Below are positions 48,510 through 59,898 of a DNA stretch of 64,000 nucleotides, piece by piece. A program made the position numbers and the translations under genes. Source of the stretch: Candidatus Eiseniibacteriota bacterium (GTDB lineage: Bacteria; Eisenbacteria; RBG-16-71-46; CAZAMP01); contig OZ245046.1 of the NCBI GenBank assembly GCA_965224245.1, positions 1,344,001-1,408,000 of the forward strand, read 5' to 3'. Position 1 is the first letter of the stretch. Every line of letters begins with the position of its first letter. The notes beneath the pieces are model-generated. The model was not told the origin of the DNA. It worked only from the letters and a program-made list of their open reading frames with translations, and searched no databases.

Positions 48510-49384
48510 CCCGCCTCTTGGATGGAAAGGCCACCGCGAAGGTGGTCCGGGCCGAGGTCGCCGACCGCGTGGCCGCGCTCGCGGCGCGCGACGTGACGGT
48601 CGGGCTGGCCCTCGTGCGCGTGGGCGACGACCCCGCGTCGGAGAGCTACGTGAGGGGCAAGGCTCGCCTCTGCAAGCGCGTGGGCATCCGGTCCGAGCTC
48701 CACGAGCTGCCCGCCGACGTGGGCGAGCCGGCGCTGGGGAGGCTCCTCTCCGAGCTGAACGCCCGCGACGACGTGCACGGCGTCCTTCTCCAGATGCCGC
48801 TCCCTCGGGGCTACGACGAGAGCGCCTTCCTGGACGCCGTGAGGCCGGAGAAGGACGTGGACGGATTCCATCCCATCAACGTGGGACGCGCCGCACAGGG
48901 GCTGCCGGCGTTCGTTCCCTGCACGCCGCTGGGGATCCAGCGCCTCCTCACCCATCACGACGTTCCGATCGAGGGCCACCACGTCGTCGTCGTCGGCCGG
49001 AGCAACCTCGTCGGACGGCCCGTGGCCACGCTCCTCAGCCAGCGTACGGCGGCGGGGAACGCCAGCGTGACGCTGTGTCACTCCCGGAGCCGCGATCTGG
49101 CCGCGCTGACGCGATCGGCCGACATCTTGATCGCAGCCGCCGGTCAGCGCGAGCTGATCACGGCCGACATGGTGGCCGAGGGGGCCGTCGTGGTGGACGT
49201 CGGGATCCACCGCGTCGAGGTCGACGGCGCCGCGCGTCTGGTCGGTGACGTCCGGTTCGACGAGGTCGCACCGAGGACGTCGGCGATCTCGCCGGTGCCC
49301 GGCGGCGTCGGCCCGATGACAGTCGTCATGCTGGTCGCGAACACCGTGTCCGCCGCCGAGCGAGCCCACCCGCCGCGGTCATGA
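48506..49384 (+). CDS. folD: Methylenetetrahydrofolate dehydrogenase/cyclohydrolase
   Basis: KDVDGFHP, PCTPLG, VGRSNLVGRP, PVPGGVGPMT. Confidence 0.97.
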   Translation: MTRLLDGKATAKVVRAEVADRVAALAARDVTVGLALVRVGDDPASESYVRGKARLCKRVGIRSELHELPADVGEPALGRLLSELNARDDVHGVLLQMPLPRGYDESAFLDAVRPEKDVDGFHPINVGRAAQGLPAFVPCTPLGIQRLLTHHDVPIEGHHVVVVGRSNLVGRPVATLLSQRTAAGNASVTLCHSRSRDLAALTRSADILIAAAGQRELITADMVAEGAVVVDVGIHRVEVDGAARLVGDVRFDEVAPRTSAISPVPGGVGPMTVVMLVANTVSAAERAHPPRS

Positions 49385-50781
49385 GAGTGAACGTCCTGCC
49401 CGATCGCGATCCCGAACGTCGCGAGCCGCGCGTCTACGGCGTGAGCGAGCTGAACGCGCTCGCCGCCGAGGCGCTGCGACGCACGCTGGGCTGGGTGCAC
49501 GTCGTCGGCGAGATCTCGAAGTGGACGGTGCACCGATCGGGTCATGCGTACGTCACGCTGAAGGACGAACGCGGCGTCCTTGACGCGGTGGTCTGGGCGT
49601 CCCGCCTGCGAACCCTCCGCGTGCAGCCCTCCGTCGGGGACCGGATCGTGGCCGTGGGGCGTCTGACCGTGTACTCCGAGCAGGGCCGCTACCAGCTGAT
49701 GGTCGAGCGGGTGAGGCCCGCGGGCGCGGGAGCGCTACAGGAGGCGCACGAGCGGCTGAAGGCCAGGCTCACCGCCGAGGGGCTCTTCGCGCCCGAGCGC
49801 AAGCGCCCGCTGCCGCGCTACCCGCGCGTGGTCGGGGTGGTCACGTCGGCCGACGGGGCGGCCTTCGGTGACGTCGTGCGCGTGATCGGCGAACGATGGC
49901 CCGGCACCGAGATCCTCCTCACACCCGTTCGCGTGCAGGGTCCCGACGCGCCTCGCGACATCGTGAACGCCATCGGCGTCCAGATCCGTCACGGACGTGC
50001 CGAGGTGCTGATCGTGGGCCGGGGCGGCGGGTCGCTCGAGGACCTCTTCTCGTTCAACGACGAGCGCGTCGTGCGCGCGATCGCGACCTGCCCGCTGCCG
50101 GTCGTCTCGGCCGTGGGGCACGAGACCGACGTGACGCTCGCCGACTTCGCCGCCGACGCCCGCGCGGCCACGCCGTCCCAGGCCGCCGAGCGCGTCGTGG
50201 CCGATCGGGCCGAGGTGGTGCTCGCGGTGCTCGGTCTCCGGGAGCGCCTCCTCGGCGGCGTCCAGCGGCGGCTCACGGAGGCCCACCGCACGATCCGCGA
50301 GATGCGACGGCACCGGGGGCTGGATCGCCCCCAGACCGCGGTCGAGCACCTGACCCAGCGGGTGGATCGGCTCGGCGAACGGCTGACGCACGCCGTCGAG
50401 TCGGACCTGGCCGATCGGCGCGCCGGCGGGCGCCGCCTGGGACGCGCGCTCGGGGACCTGCTCGCAAGCCGCCTCGTGAGCTCCCGACGCGACGTCGTCG
50501 AGTGCCGCGCGCGCCTCGTCCGCCGAGCGGAGCGGCTCGGAATCGAACGGCGTCCGAGGGTGGCCGAGCTGTCGGGGATGCTCACGTCGCTCGATCCGAC
50601 GCGAGTCCTCGCACGAGGCTACGCGCTTTGCGCGACCGAGGATGGTACTCTCGTCACCGATGGATCGGTGCTCGCGCCGGAGGACCGCATCACGCTACGT
50701 TTTCACCGAGGGGGCGCACAGGCGGACGTCCTCCACGCATGGGGCGACACGCCGCCCAGACCAGGAACCGGCACGACATGA
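49381..50781 (+). CDS. xseA: Exodeoxyribonuclease VII large subunit
   Basis: SGHAYVTLKD, GRGGGSLEDLFSFNDE, SAVGHETD, RAATPS. Confidence 0.95.
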   Translation: MRVNVLPDRDPERREPRVYGVSELNALAAEALRRTLGWVHVVGEISKWTVHRSGHAYVTLKDERGVLDAVVWASRLRTLRVQPSVGDRIVAVGRLTVYSEQGRYQLMVERVRPAGAGALQEAHERLKARLTAEGLFAPERKRPLPRYPRVVGVVTSADGAAFGDVVRVIGERWPGTEILLTPVRVQGPDAPRDIVNAIGVQIRHGRAEVLIVGRGGGSLEDLFSFNDERVVRAIATCPLPVVSAVGHETDVTLADFAADARAATPSQAAERVVADRAEVVLAVLGLRERLLGGVQRRLTEAHRTIREMRRHRGLDRPQTAVEHLTQRVDRLGERLTHAVESDLADRRAGGRRLGRALGDLLASRLVSSRRDVVECRARLVRRAERLGIERRPRVAELSGMLTSLDPTRVLARGYALCATEDGTLVTDGSVLAPEDRITLRFHRGGAQADVLHAWGDTPPRPGTGTT

Positions 50782-51038
50782 CGCAATCGACCGATCCCAC
50801 GCCCGATCCCGACGCTCCGACGTTCGAGGCCGCACTGGCCGAGCTCGAGTCCATCGTGGGCGGACTCGAGCGCGGCGAGCTCACGCTCGACGAGTCCGTA
50901 CGTGCCTTCGAGCGCGGGACGGGTCTGCTGCGAATCCTGACCGCACGGCTGGACGATGCCGAGCGGCGCGTCCGCGAGCTCGTCGAAGGGCCCGATGGAA
51001 TCACCGAGACCCCGGCGGACGGTGGGCCCCGATCGTGA
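50778..51038 (+). CDS. xseB: Exodeoxyribonuclease VII small subunit
   Basis: TFEAALAELESIVGGLERGELTLDES. Confidence 0.92.
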   Translation: MTQSTDPTPDPDAPTFEAALAELESIVGGLERGELTLDESVRAFERGTGLLRILTARLDDAERRVRELVEGPDGITETPADGGPRS

Positions 51039-52123
51039 AGCTCGACGTCACCTCGCTGCCGGCCGCGCTCGCCGACGTGAACGCGATGATCGCCGACGCG
51101 ATCGCCCAGGAGATCCGTCAGTCCGATCTCGGGCACGAGCATCTCCGGGAGGCCGCGTTCGCGTATCTGGAGCGGGGAGGCAAGCGCCTCCGACCGCTGG
51201 TCACCGTGCTGGCCACCGGCGCCGCCGGGGGAGACCCCGATCGCGTCCGATCGGCCGCGCTGGCCGTCGAGGTGTTCCACACCTGGACGCTCATCCACGA
51301 CGACATGATCGACAACGACGCACGGCGGCGGGGCGGCCCCACCGTCCACGTGGCCTTCCGCGATCGTCTGAGGCACGACTTTCCCTCCGCCGCCCACCGC
51401 GCCGACATCTACGGCAACGCGCTGGCCATCCTGGCCGGCGACTACATGCAGGGCCTGGCCGTGCGTCTGATCCTGGACGGAACCGAGCGCGACGGCGTGC
51501 CTCCGGAGACGGCGCGCCAGGCGGCTCGGTTCATGCAAACCGACCTCCTGCGAGATCTGGTCGAAGGCGAGATGTGGGACGTCGGCTTCAGCTTTCGCCC
51601 GGTGCTCGACGTCTCGGAAGAGGCGCTGCTCGAGATGTACCGTCAGAAGAGCGCCGCGCTTCTATCCTACTGCGCCCGCGTGGGCGGCATGTACGCGACC
51701 GGCGGATCCAACGACGACACCGTGGCCGCGCATCTGGCCGATTTCGCCGAGCAGTGCGGCGTGGCGTTTCAGATCCGCGACGACGTGCTCGGCGTGGTGG
51801 GAGACGCCGAGCGGCTGGGCAAGCCCGTCGGATCGGACGTCCGCGAGGGCAAGCGCACTGTGATCCTGCGCCGTGCCTACGAGGCCGCCACCGAGGCCGA
51901 ACGGGCCCACCTGGACGCCGTCGTCGGGAACCGCTCGGCTGACCACGACCAGGTGGCCGGTGTCGTCGAGATTCTCCGGGAGCGCGGAGGACTCCAGCAC
52001 GCGGACGCGATCGCCGATCGATATGTCGAGACCGCGCTGACCCGCCTGCAGGCGGTCGAGCCATCGGCGTATCGGGACCGGCTCGAGGACTGGGCGCGAC
52101 ACCTGATCACACGGGACGTCTGA
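51035..52123 (+). CDS. Short-chain isoprenyl diphosphate synthase (IdsA/GGPPS-like)
   Basis: GGKRLRP, HTWTLIHDDMID, AILAGD, FQIRDDVLG, GKPVGSDVREGKRT. Confidence 0.85.
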   Translation: MKLDVTSLPAALADVNAMIADAIAQEIRQSDLGHEHLREAAFAYLERGGKRLRPLVTVLATGAAGGDPDRVRSAALAVEVFHTWTLIHDDMIDNDARRRGGPTVHVAFRDRLRHDFPSAAHRADIYGNALAILAGDYMQGLAVRLILDGTERDGVPPETARQAARFMQTDLLRDLVEGEMWDVGFSFRPVLDVSEEALLEMYRQKSAALLSYCARVGGMYATGGSNDDTVAAHLADFAEQCGVAFQIRDDVLGVVGDAERLGKPVGSDVREGKRTVILRRAYEAATEAERAHLDAVVGNRSADHDQVAGVVEILRERGGLQHADAIADRYVETALTRLQAVEPSAYRDRLEDWARHLITRDV

Positions 52124-52157
52124 TGGCGCCCGAGCGCGTCGAGGCGAGAGAACCGAC

Positions 52158-52607
52158 ATGACGTTGCCCGAGAGCCCACTCGTGGCCGCGGCGGCCAGCG
52201 CCACGCTGATCCAGCTGTCGAAGTTCGTGTCCGATGCGCTCATCCATCGCCGGGTGAACTTCCAGCGGCTCGTCCAGACCGGCGGCATGCCGTCCTCGCA
52301 CGCCGGGTCGGTGTCCACGCTGTCCGCGGCCACCGGCCTGGCCCGGGGGTTCTCGTCGATGGAGTTTCAGATCGCGTGCTTCTTCAGCGTCATCATCGTC
52401 TACGACGCGGCGGGGCTGCGACGGGCGGCGGGCAAGCAGGCCGAGGTGCTGAACCGGCTCGTGGACCGCATGCAGCGCGAGCATCGGCTGATTCTGCGGG
52501 GTGAGAGACCCCTGGCCGAGCTGCTCGGCCACACGCCATTCGAGGTGTTCGTGGGCATCGTCTTCGGCATCGTGTTCGCCCGCGCGTGGTGGGCGTTCGT
52601 GCCGTGA
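52158..52607 (+). CDS. Divergent PAP2 family protein (DUF212/YuiD-like)
   Basis: TGGMPSSH, YDAAGLRRAAG, LGHTPFEV. Confidence 0.85.
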   Translation: MTLPESPLVAAAASATLIQLSKFVSDALIHRRVNFQRLVQTGGMPSSHAGSVSTLSAATGLARGFSSMEFQIACFFSVIIVYDAAGLRRAAGKQAEVLNRLVDRMQREHRLILRGERPLAELLGHTPFEVFVGIVFGIVFARAWWAFVP

Positions 52608-52699
52608 TGGGCCCGCCCGCCGGGTTTGCCAGATCGGGCGCCGGTAGCGTAGCATCGCCGGATCGACCCGAAGGCCCGAGTCGCGTTCCAGGGGAACTG

Positions 52700-53599
52700 T
52701 TGGAAACGGCCACCGAGAACCAGAAAGACAGCCATCGACGCAAGGTCCTCTCGCGCGTGGGCGTATACGTGAATCTGGACAAGGAGGCCGCGTGCGGTGC
52801 CGTGGGTGCGCTCTGCGACTGGCTGGGCGATCGCGGGATCGACACGATGCTCCTGAAGGAGCACACGCGCGTTCTCGGCAAGCGCGGCGGGGTCACGCGC
52901 GATTCCTTCTACCGGAAGCCGCAGCTCATCATCAGCCTCGGGGGCGACGGCACGTTTCTGCACGTGGCGCGCCAGATCCCCCGCTGTCGCCCCGCGCTCC
53001 TGGGGGTGAACTTCGGCCGGCTGGGCTTCCTGACCGCGGTCGAGGCCACCGAGCTGTTGCCGTTCCTGGAGCGGACGCTCCGGAGCGAGCTGCCGGTGGA
53101 GCACCGTCTGCGGCTGGCCACCGCCGTCAGCCCGTGGGACTCGCCGCCGCCGGCCCTCAACGACGTGGTCATCCAGTCCGCCGAGGGGGTGCGGGTGCTG
53201 GGGTTCCGCGTCCGCGTGGGCGAGCGGGTGATCGGGGTGTTCCGCGCGGACGGGATCATCGTGGCCAGCCCGACCGGATCCACCGCCTACACGCTGTCGG
53301 TGGGCGGGCCGGTGGTGCACCCGGGGGTCGAGGCGATGCTGATCGCGTTGATCAGCCCTCACACGCTCTCGGCCCGGCCGCTGGTGGTGGGCGCCAACGA
53401 GACGATCACCGTCGACGTCCTCAGCGACAGCCCGATCCGCGTGACGATCGACGGCCAGGAGTCGCGTCAGGTACCGGGCAACGAGTCGGTGCGCATTCAC
53501 CGCGCGTCGGGCGACGTGGCGGTCGTGGTGGATCCCCAGCGCCCGTTCATCGACCGGATGCGCGAGAAGCTCGCGTGGGGCGGAAAGCCGATCCTCTGA
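52700..53599 (+). CDS. nadK: NAD kinase
   Basis: SLGGDGTFL, GRLGFL, LNDVV, DGIIVASPTGSTAY. Start uncertain. Confidence 0.9.
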   Translation: METATENQKDSHRRKVLSRVGVYVNLDKEAACGAVGALCDWLGDRGIDTMLLKEHTRVLGKRGGVTRDSFYRKPQLIISLGGDGTFLHVARQIPRCRPALLGVNFGRLGFLTAVEATELLPFLERTLRSELPVEHRLRLATAVSPWDSPPPALNDVVIQSAEGVRVLGFRVRVGERVIGVFRADGIIVASPTGSTAYTLSVGGPVVHPGVEAMLIALISPHTLSARPLVVGANETITVDVLSDSPIRVTIDGQESRQVPGNESVRIHRASGDVAVVVDPQRPFIDRMREKLAWGGKPIL

Positions 53600-53600
53600 C

Positions 53601-55322
53601 ATGCTCACCCGACTCTCGGTGAAGAACCTGGCGGTCGTCGCCGACGCGGTCCTCGATTTCGCTCCCGGCCTGACCGTGGTCACCGGCGAGACCGGCGCAG
53701 GCAAGTCGCTCCTGATCGGCGCGCTGAGCCTGGCGGTCGGCGCGCGCGCGTCCTCCGAGCGCGTACGCGACGGCGGGGCCGCCGCGCGCGTGGAGGCGGT
53801 GTTCGAGCCCGACGACCCGGATCGGGTGAACCGTCTCCTGTCCGACCTCGGACTCGAGCCGCTCGAGGACGGGCTGGTCATCCTCCGGCGCGAGATCGGC
53901 GCCGACGGTCGGAGCCGCGCCTTCGCCGGCGACTCGCAGGTGCTGGTGTCCACGTTGCGCACGCTGGGGGATGCGCTGGTGGATCTCCACGGCCAGGGTG
54001 AGGGCCAGGCCCTCCTGCGACCGGCGGCCCAGCGCCACGCCCTCGATGCGCTCGGCGGATCGCGGGCCGAGGTGCACGCGCTCGGCGCCGCGCTCGACGC
54101 CGCCGAGGCCGTCGAGCGGGACATCGAGGCGCGGGCCCAGCGGCACGCGGAGATCGCACGCCAGCGCGAGTTCTTCGAGCATCAGCTGAACGAGATCGAC
54201 GGCGCGCGGCTCTCCGCCGACGAGGAGGACGAGCTCCTGCGCGAGCGAACGCGGATGCGCGCGGCGTCGCGGCTGGCGGAGCTGCGCGAGACGGTCGCGC
54301 GAGAGCTCGACGACGACGAGCACGGCGCCATCGGCGCGGTCGCTCGCGCGGGCGATGGGGTCGGAGAGCTGGCCCGGATCGACGACACCTTCGCGCCGCT
54401 GGCCGAGATGCTGGAGACGGCGCGGCTCGAGATCGAGGAGGTGGCCCGCTCGATCGACACCGGCCTCGCCGACCTGGAGTTCAGCCCTGAGCGCCGGGAC
54501 GAGGTCGAGGCACGACTCGATCGCATCGCCGCGTTGAAGCGCAAGTACCGGCCGAGCATCCCCGCGGTGCTGGAGTACGCCGAGGAGCTGCGCGCGGTGC
54601 TGGCCGGCGACGAGGCCGGCACCGTCGAGCTGGCCGACCTCGAGCGCCGGCGCGACGAGCACCGGCGGGCCGCGGCGGAGCTGGCCGATCGGGTCGGCGA
54701 GACACGTGTCCGGGCCGCGGCGGAGCTGGCCCACGCGGTCACCGGCGCGCTGCCCGAGCTCGGGATGGAGGGTGCGCGCTTCGACGTCGCGCTGGACGTC
54801 CAGGCCGACCCCGACAGCTGGTACCTGCGCGGCGGGGCCGGAGTAGGGCTGACGCGCTCGGGCGCCGAACGGGTCACGTTCCGTCTGGCCGCCAATCCGG
54901 GGGCGCCGCTCCGGCCGCTCGCCACCGTCGCGTCGGGCGGGGAGCTCTCACGCGTGATGCTGGCGCTCAAGGAGAAGCTGGCCGAGGCGCACCCGGTCGA
55001 CGTGATGGTGTTCGACGAGGTCGACTCGGGAATCGGTGGAGGAACGGCCCACGCCGTCGGGGATCGACTGCGTGCCCTGTCGGGCACCCGCCAGGTGATC
55101 GCGATCACCCATCTGCCCGCGGTGGCGTGTACGGGCGACACGCACTACCGGATCGACAAGCGCACCGACGGGCACACGACCGAGGTCACGGTGAGCGCCC
55201 TCGCGGGCCGGGACCGCGTGGGCGAGATCGCCCGCATGCTCTCGGGCGCCGAGGACGACCGAACGGCGCGCCGCCACGCGCGTGAGCTCCTCGAGGCGCG
55301 CACCGGACGGGCGGCCACGTGA
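53601..55322 (+). CDS. recN: DNA repair protein RecN
   Basis: TGETGAGKS, ASGGELSRVMLA, FDEVDSGIGG, ITHLP. Confidence 0.95.
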   Translation: MLTRLSVKNLAVVADAVLDFAPGLTVVTGETGAGKSLLIGALSLAVGARASSERVRDGGAAARVEAVFEPDDPDRVNRLLSDLGLEPLEDGLVILRREIGADGRSRAFAGDSQVLVSTLRTLGDALVDLHGQGEGQALLRPAAQRHALDALGGSRAEVHALGAALDAAEAVERDIEARAQRHAEIARQREFFEHQLNEIDGARLSADEEDELLRERTRMRAASRLAELRETVARELDDDEHGAIGAVARAGDGVGELARIDDTFAPLAEMLETARLEIEEVARSIDTGLADLEFSPERRDEVEARLDRIAALKRKYRPSIPAVLEYAEELRAVLAGDEAGTVELADLERRRDEHRRAAAELADRVGETRVRAAAELAHAVTGALPELGMEGARFDVALDVQADPDSWYLRGGAGVGLTRSGAERVTFRLAANPGAPLRPLATVASGGELSRVMLALKEKLAEAHPVDVMVFDEVDSGIGGGTAHAVGDRLRALSGTRQVIAITHLPAVACTGDTHYRIDKRTDGHTTEVTVSALAGRDRVGEIARMLSGAEDDRTARRHARELLEARTGRAAT

Positions 55323-56833
55323 CGGCGCCGGGCCGCACGGGCGGACTCTCGCTCGACTTCGACGGCTTCCGGCGCCTCGCCGGCGAGGGCACGATCGTGC
55401 CCATCTACGCCGAGCTGCTGGTCGACCGTGACACGCCGGTGTCGGCGTTCCTGAAGATCGGACGCGGCCCGAACACGTTTCTCCTCGAGTCGATGGAGGG
55501 GGGCGAGAAGTGGGGCCGCTACTCGATCATCGGTGGAGAGGCCCGGAGCGTGTTCACGCTGGAGGGCGGCGTCCAGAGGCTCGTGCGCGCCGACGGCGTA
55601 AAGATCGCGCGTCGGACCGAGGGACCGCCGCTGGCGCTTCTGTCCGAGACGATCGCCGCGGATCGATCGGCGTCGGTGCCCGGTCTTCCACGGTTCTCCG
55701 GGGGCGCGATCGGATATGGCGCGTACGATCTCGTGCGACACTTCGAGCGACTCGGGGACCCTCCGCCGGACGATCTGGGTCTGCCCACGGCCGCGTTCGT
55801 GTTCTTCGACTCGCTGGTGATCTTCGACAATCTCCGCCACACGGTGAAGATCGTGGCCAACGCACGCATTCGCGACGACCTGAAGGGCGCCTATCGCGAG
55901 GCCGTCGAGACGATCGATCGCCTCCGCTCGCGTCTCGCCGCACCGACCCCGATCGCGCCGGCCCCGGTTCGCGCACGCACCGTGGAGTTCGAGAGCGCGA
56001 TGGGGCGCGAGCGCTACCTGCGCTCGGTGGACGTGATCCGCGACTACATCCGCGCCGGGGACGTGTTCCAGACCGTGCTCGCGCACCGTCTCTCGGCGCC
56101 CACCGAGGTGGATCCGTTCGACGCGTACCGCGCGCTCCGCGTGCTCAACCCGTCCCCGTACATGTTCTTCCTGGACTTCGGGGAGTTTCAGCTCGCGGGT
56201 GCCTCTCCCGAGGTGCTCGTGCGCGTGGAGGATCGCGTGGCCGAGGTGCGACCGATCGCGGGCACGCGTCCCCGGGGACGCACACCCTCCGAGGATCGCG
56301 CGCTGGAGGCCGATCTCCTGGCCGACGACAAGGAGCGCTCGGAGCACGTGATGCTCGTGGATCTCGGACGAAACGACCTCGGCCGCGCCTGCCTCTACGA
56401 CACCGTGGAGACCGGCGAGTTCATGGTCGTCGAACGGTACTCGCACGTGATGCACATCGTCTCGAACGTGACCGGGACGCTCCGGCCCGACGCGAGCACG
56501 GTGGACGTGCTCGCGGCGTGCTTCCCCGCCGGTACGCTCTCGGGGGCGCCGAAGGTCCGCGCGATGGAGATCATCGACGAGCTGGAGACCGCGCGGCGCG
56601 GCATCTACGGGGGCGCCGTCGGCTACCTCGACACCCACGGCAACATGGACACGTGCATCGCCATCCGGACGATCCTGTTCAAGGACGGCGTGGCGCACGT
56701 GGGGGCCGGCGCCGGAATCGTGGCCGATTCGCAGCCCGAGCGCGAGTGGGAGGAGACGATGGCAAAGAGCCGGAGTGCCACCGAGGCCGTCCGGCTGGCC
56801 GAGCGGGGCCTCGACCTGGGAGGCGGCGCGTGA
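55319..56833 (+). CDS. trpE: Anthranilate synthase component I
   Basis: [42 protein letters not shown]. Confidence 0.93.
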   Translation: MTAPGRTGGLSLDFDGFRRLAGEGTIVPIYAELLVDRDTPVSAFLKIGRGPNTFLLESMEGGEKWGRYSIIGGEARSVFTLEGGVQRLVRADGVKIARRTEGPPLALLSETIAADRSASVPGLPRFSGGAIGYGAYDLVRHFERLGDPPPDDLGLPTAAFVFFDSLVIFDNLRHTVKIVANARIRDDLKGAYREAVETIDRLRSRLAAPTPIAPAPVRARTVEFESAMGRERYLRSVDVIRDYIRAGDVFQTVLAHRLSAPTEVDPFDAYRALRVLNPSPYMFFLDFGEFQLAGASPEVLVRVEDRVAEVRPIAGTRPRGRTPSEDRALEADLLADDKERSEHVMLVDLGRNDLGRACLYDTVETGEFMVVERYSHVMHIVSNVTGTLRPDASTVDVLAACFPAGTLSGAPKVRAMEIIDELETARRGIYGGAVGYLDTHGNMDTCIAIRTILFKDGVAHVGAGAGIVADSQPEREWEETMAKSRSATEAVRLAERGLDLGGGA

Positions 56834-57429
56834 TCCTCGTCATCGACAACTACGATTCGTTCACGTGGAACCTCGTGCAGTACCTCGGCGAGCTGGGGGC
56901 GGAGCCGACGGTGGCCCGGAACGATGCGGTCACCGTGGACGAGGTCTTCGCGAGGGCCCCGAGCGGCATCGTGATCAGCCCCGGGCCCAAGACGCCGGCC
57001 GACACGGGCATCTGCAACGACGTGATCCGCCGCGCCGCGGGCGCCGTGCCGCTTCTGGGGGTGTGTCTCGGGCACCAGTGCATCGGTCACGTGTACGGTG
57101 GCGAGATCGTGCACGCCGATCGCCTGATGCACGGCAAGACCTCGCCGATCGAGCACGCCGGCACCGGCATCTTCGAGGGACTTCCGAGCCCGTTCACGGC
57201 CACGCGCTACCACTCGCTCCTGGTGCGCCGGGAGAGCTTCCCGGAGGATGCGCTCGAGGTCCTGGCCTGGACCGCCGAGGGAGAGATCATGGGTCTCCGG
57301 CATCGCGAGCACGAGCTCTGGGGCGTGCAGTTTCATCCCGAGTCGATCCTGACCGAGGGGGGCAAGCCGCTCCTGGCCAACTTCCTCCGGCGCTGCGGAC
57401 TCGAGCCCCACCCGGGGGGGGTGTCGTGA
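56830..57429 (+). CDS. trpG: Anthranilate synthase component II (glutamine amidotransferase)
   Basis: [30 protein letters not shown]. Confidence 0.92.
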   Translation: MILVIDNYDSFTWNLVQYLGELGAEPTVARNDAVTVDEVFARAPSGIVISPGPKTPADTGICNDVIRRAAGAVPLLGVCLGHQCIGHVYGGEIVHADRLMHGKTSPIEHAGTGIFEGLPSPFTATRYHSLLVRRESFPEDALEVLAWTAEGEIMGLRHREHELWGVQFHPESILTEGGKPLLANFLRRCGLEPHPGGVS

Positions 57430-58445
57430 GCGCGCTTCAGGTGGCGGTATCGGCCGTCGTGGAGGGTCGCGACCTGTCGCGCGCCGAGGCACGCGATGCG
57501 ATGCGGGAGATCATGTCCGGTCAGGCGCCCGAGCCGTTGATCGGCGCGTATCTCGTGGCGCTTCGCATGAAGGGCGAGACCGTCGACGAGATCGCCGGCA
57601 GCGCGGAGACCATGCGCGAGCTGGTCCATCGCATCGAAACCCCCGAGGGCGACGTCGTCGACACCTGCGGCACCGGCGGGGACGGGCTCCACACGCTGAA
57701 CGTCTCGACCGGAGCGGCGCTGGTCGCGGCCGCCGCGGGGGCGGTGGTCGCGAAGCACGGCAATCGCGCCGTCTCGTCCCGGTCGGGCTCGGCGGACGTG
57801 CTCGAGCACCTCGGCGTGAACGTGTCGGCGTCCCCCGAGACGGTCGCCGCGTGCATCCGCGAGGTCGGGGTGGGGTTTCTGTTCGCGCCGAGCCTGCATC
57901 CGGCGATCAAGCACGCGATGCCGTCCAGGCGGGCGCTCGGCATTCGCACGGTGTTCAACCTCCTCGGTCCGATGACGAACCCCGCCGGCGCGAACCGTCA
58001 GCTCATCGGCGTGTTCGCCCGCCGGTGGGTTCCGCGCGTGGCCGAGGTGCTGGGCGCCCTGGGATGCGATCGCGCGCTGGTGGCCCACGGCGAGGACGGC
58101 ATGGACGAGATCACGCTGACCGCGCCGACGCACCTGGCCGAGTGGCGCGAGGGCGCCGTGCACGAGTGGACGTTCCGACCCGAGGACGCCGGCCTCGCCC
58201 GGTGTCGTCCCGAGGACATCGCCGGCGGGACGCCCGAGGAGAACGCCGCCCAGCTCGGCGCGATCCTCCGCGGGGAGACCGGCGGGCCCCCGCGTGACAT
58301 CGTGCTCCTGAACGCCGGCGCGGTGCTCCACGTGGCCGGACGGGCCGAGTCGATCGCCGACGGCGTGGAGGCCGCGCGCGGTGCCGTCGACGGCGGCGCG
58401 GCCTGGGACACGCTGAACGCGCTCGCGCGGCGAAGCCGGGCGTGA
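57426..58445 (+). CDS. trpD: Anthranilate phosphoribosyltransferase
   Basis: [30 protein letters not shown]. Confidence 0.95.
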   Translation: MSALQVAVSAVVEGRDLSRAEARDAMREIMSGQAPEPLIGAYLVALRMKGETVDEIAGSAETMRELVHRIETPEGDVVDTCGTGGDGLHTLNVSTGAALVAAAAGAVVAKHGNRAVSSRSGSADVLEHLGVNVSASPETVAACIREVGVGFLFAPSLHPAIKHAMPSRRALGIRTVFNLLGPMTNPAGANRQLIGVFARRWVPRVAEVLGALGCDRALVAHGEDGMDEITLTAPTHLAEWREGAVHEWTFRPEDAGLARCRPEDIAGGTPEENAAQLGAILRGETGGPPRDIVLLNAGAVLHVAGRAESIADGVEAARGAVDGGAAWDTLNALARRSRA

Positions 58446-59251
58446 TCATGCGTGGACGCGATCGCCTCCGCGAGATCATGGCGGCAAAGCGCGTGCGCGT
58501 GGCCGAGGCGATGGCCGCGCGTCCCCTGGAGACGCTGGTCGCGCGCGTGCCCGACCGCCCGCCGGCGACGGCGTTCCGGGATCGCCTCCGGGACGGCGAG
58601 CTCGCGTTCGTCTGCGAGGTGAAGCGCGGGTCGCCGTCGCGGGGGCTCTTCGCGCCCGATCTGGATCCGGTGGCGCTGGCGCGGGCCTACGAGGCCGGCG
58701 GCGCCTCCGCGGTGTCCGTGATCACCGAGGTGGATCACTTCTTCGCCGAGCCCGACGTCCTGGCTCGCGTGCGCGGTGCGACCTCGCTGCCGGTGTTGAA
58801 GAAGGACTTCTTCTTCGACCCGTACCAGCTCTACGAGGCCCGGCTCGAGGGAGCCGACCTCGCGCTGTCGATCGCGGCCTGTCTCGAGGATGCCGAGCTG
58901 GCGACGCTCCTGGCATGCGCCCGCGGGATCGGGCTCGAGGTGATCGTCGAGGTGCACGACGCCGACGAGCTGGACCGCGCGGTCGCGCTGGGAGCCGGCA
59001 TCATCGGGATCAACAACCGCGACCTCCGGGACTTCAGCGTGGACCTGTCCACGACCGAACGCCTCCGGCCGCGCGTGCCGGCCGATCGCGCGGTCGTGGG
59101 GGAGAGCGGGATTCTCACGCCGGACGACGTCGTCCGGCTCCGGGACGCAGGCGTCCACGGGGTGCTGATCGGGGAGTCGCTCGCGGTGAGCCCGGACCCC
59201 GAGGCGCTTCTTCGCGCGATGCGCGCCGCGGTGACAGGGAACCCGTCGTGA
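58442..59251 (+). CDS. trpC: Indole-3-glycerol phosphate synthase
   Basis: EVKRGSPSRG, KKDF, GINNRDL, ESGI. Confidence 0.93.
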   Translation: MIMRGRDRLREIMAAKRVRVAEAMAARPLETLVARVPDRPPATAFRDRLRDGELAFVCEVKRGSPSRGLFAPDLDPVALARAYEAGGASAVSVITEVDHFFAEPDVLARVRGATSLPVLKKDFFFDPYQLYEARLEGADLALSIAACLEDAELATLLACARGIGLEVIVEVHDADELDRAVALGAGIIGINNRDLRDFSVDLSTTERLRPRVPADRAVVGESGILTPDDVVRLRDAGVHGVLIGESLAVSPDPEALLRAMRAAVTGNPS

Positions 59252-59898
59252 CGCCGCACGTGAAGATCTGCGGGCTCACGCGAGCCGAGGACGTCGCGGC
59301 GGCGATCGAGGCCGGCGCCGATCATCTGGGCTTCGTGCTGACCGAGAGCCCGCGCCGCGTCTCGATCGAGACCGCCTCGGATCTGGCGGCGCGGGCCCGT
59401 GCGCGGGATCCGCGCGTGGTGCTGGTCGGCGTGTTCGTCGACGACACCGTGGACGTTGTTCGTGACGCCTGCCGGCGCCTCGAGCTGGACGTCGCGCAGC
59501 TCCACGGCGACGAACGTCCCCACGACGTGACCGCGCTGGCCGACGACGTGGTGTGCTGGAAGGCGGTGCGGGTCCGGGACGACTGGTCGGCCGAGGACGT
59601 GATCGTGGCGGCCGATCGGTACCCATCGGCGCACGCGATCCTGCTCGACACCTGGTCGTCCACCGAGCCCGGCGGTACCGGCAGGATGTTCCGTCACGAG
59701 CTCGCCGCCGACGTCGCGAGACGACGCCGGCTCGTCCTGGCGGGGGGACTCGACGCGAGCAACGTGGCCGACGCCGTCGCCCGCATCGGGCCCTACGCGG
59801 TCGACGTGTCGTCGGGCGTCGAGGTCGCTCCCGGCGTCAAGGACGCGGGCGAGATCGCGGCGTTCGTGGCCGCGGCCACACGGGGGAGGGCGCGATGA
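59248..59898 (+). CDS. trpF: Phosphoribosylanthranilate isomerase
   Basis: VKICGLT, QLHGDE, GGTG, LAGGL, DVSSGVE. Confidence 0.93.
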   Translation: MTPHVKICGLTRAEDVAAAIEAGADHLGFVLTESPRRVSIETASDLAARARARDPRVVLVGVFVDDTVDVVRDACRRLELDVAQLHGDERPHDVTALADDVVCWKAVRVRDDWSAEDVIVAADRYPSAHAILLDTWSSTEPGGTGRMFRHELAADVARRRRLVLAGGLDASNVADAVARIGPYAVDVSSGVEVAPGVKDAGEIAAFVAAATRGRAR

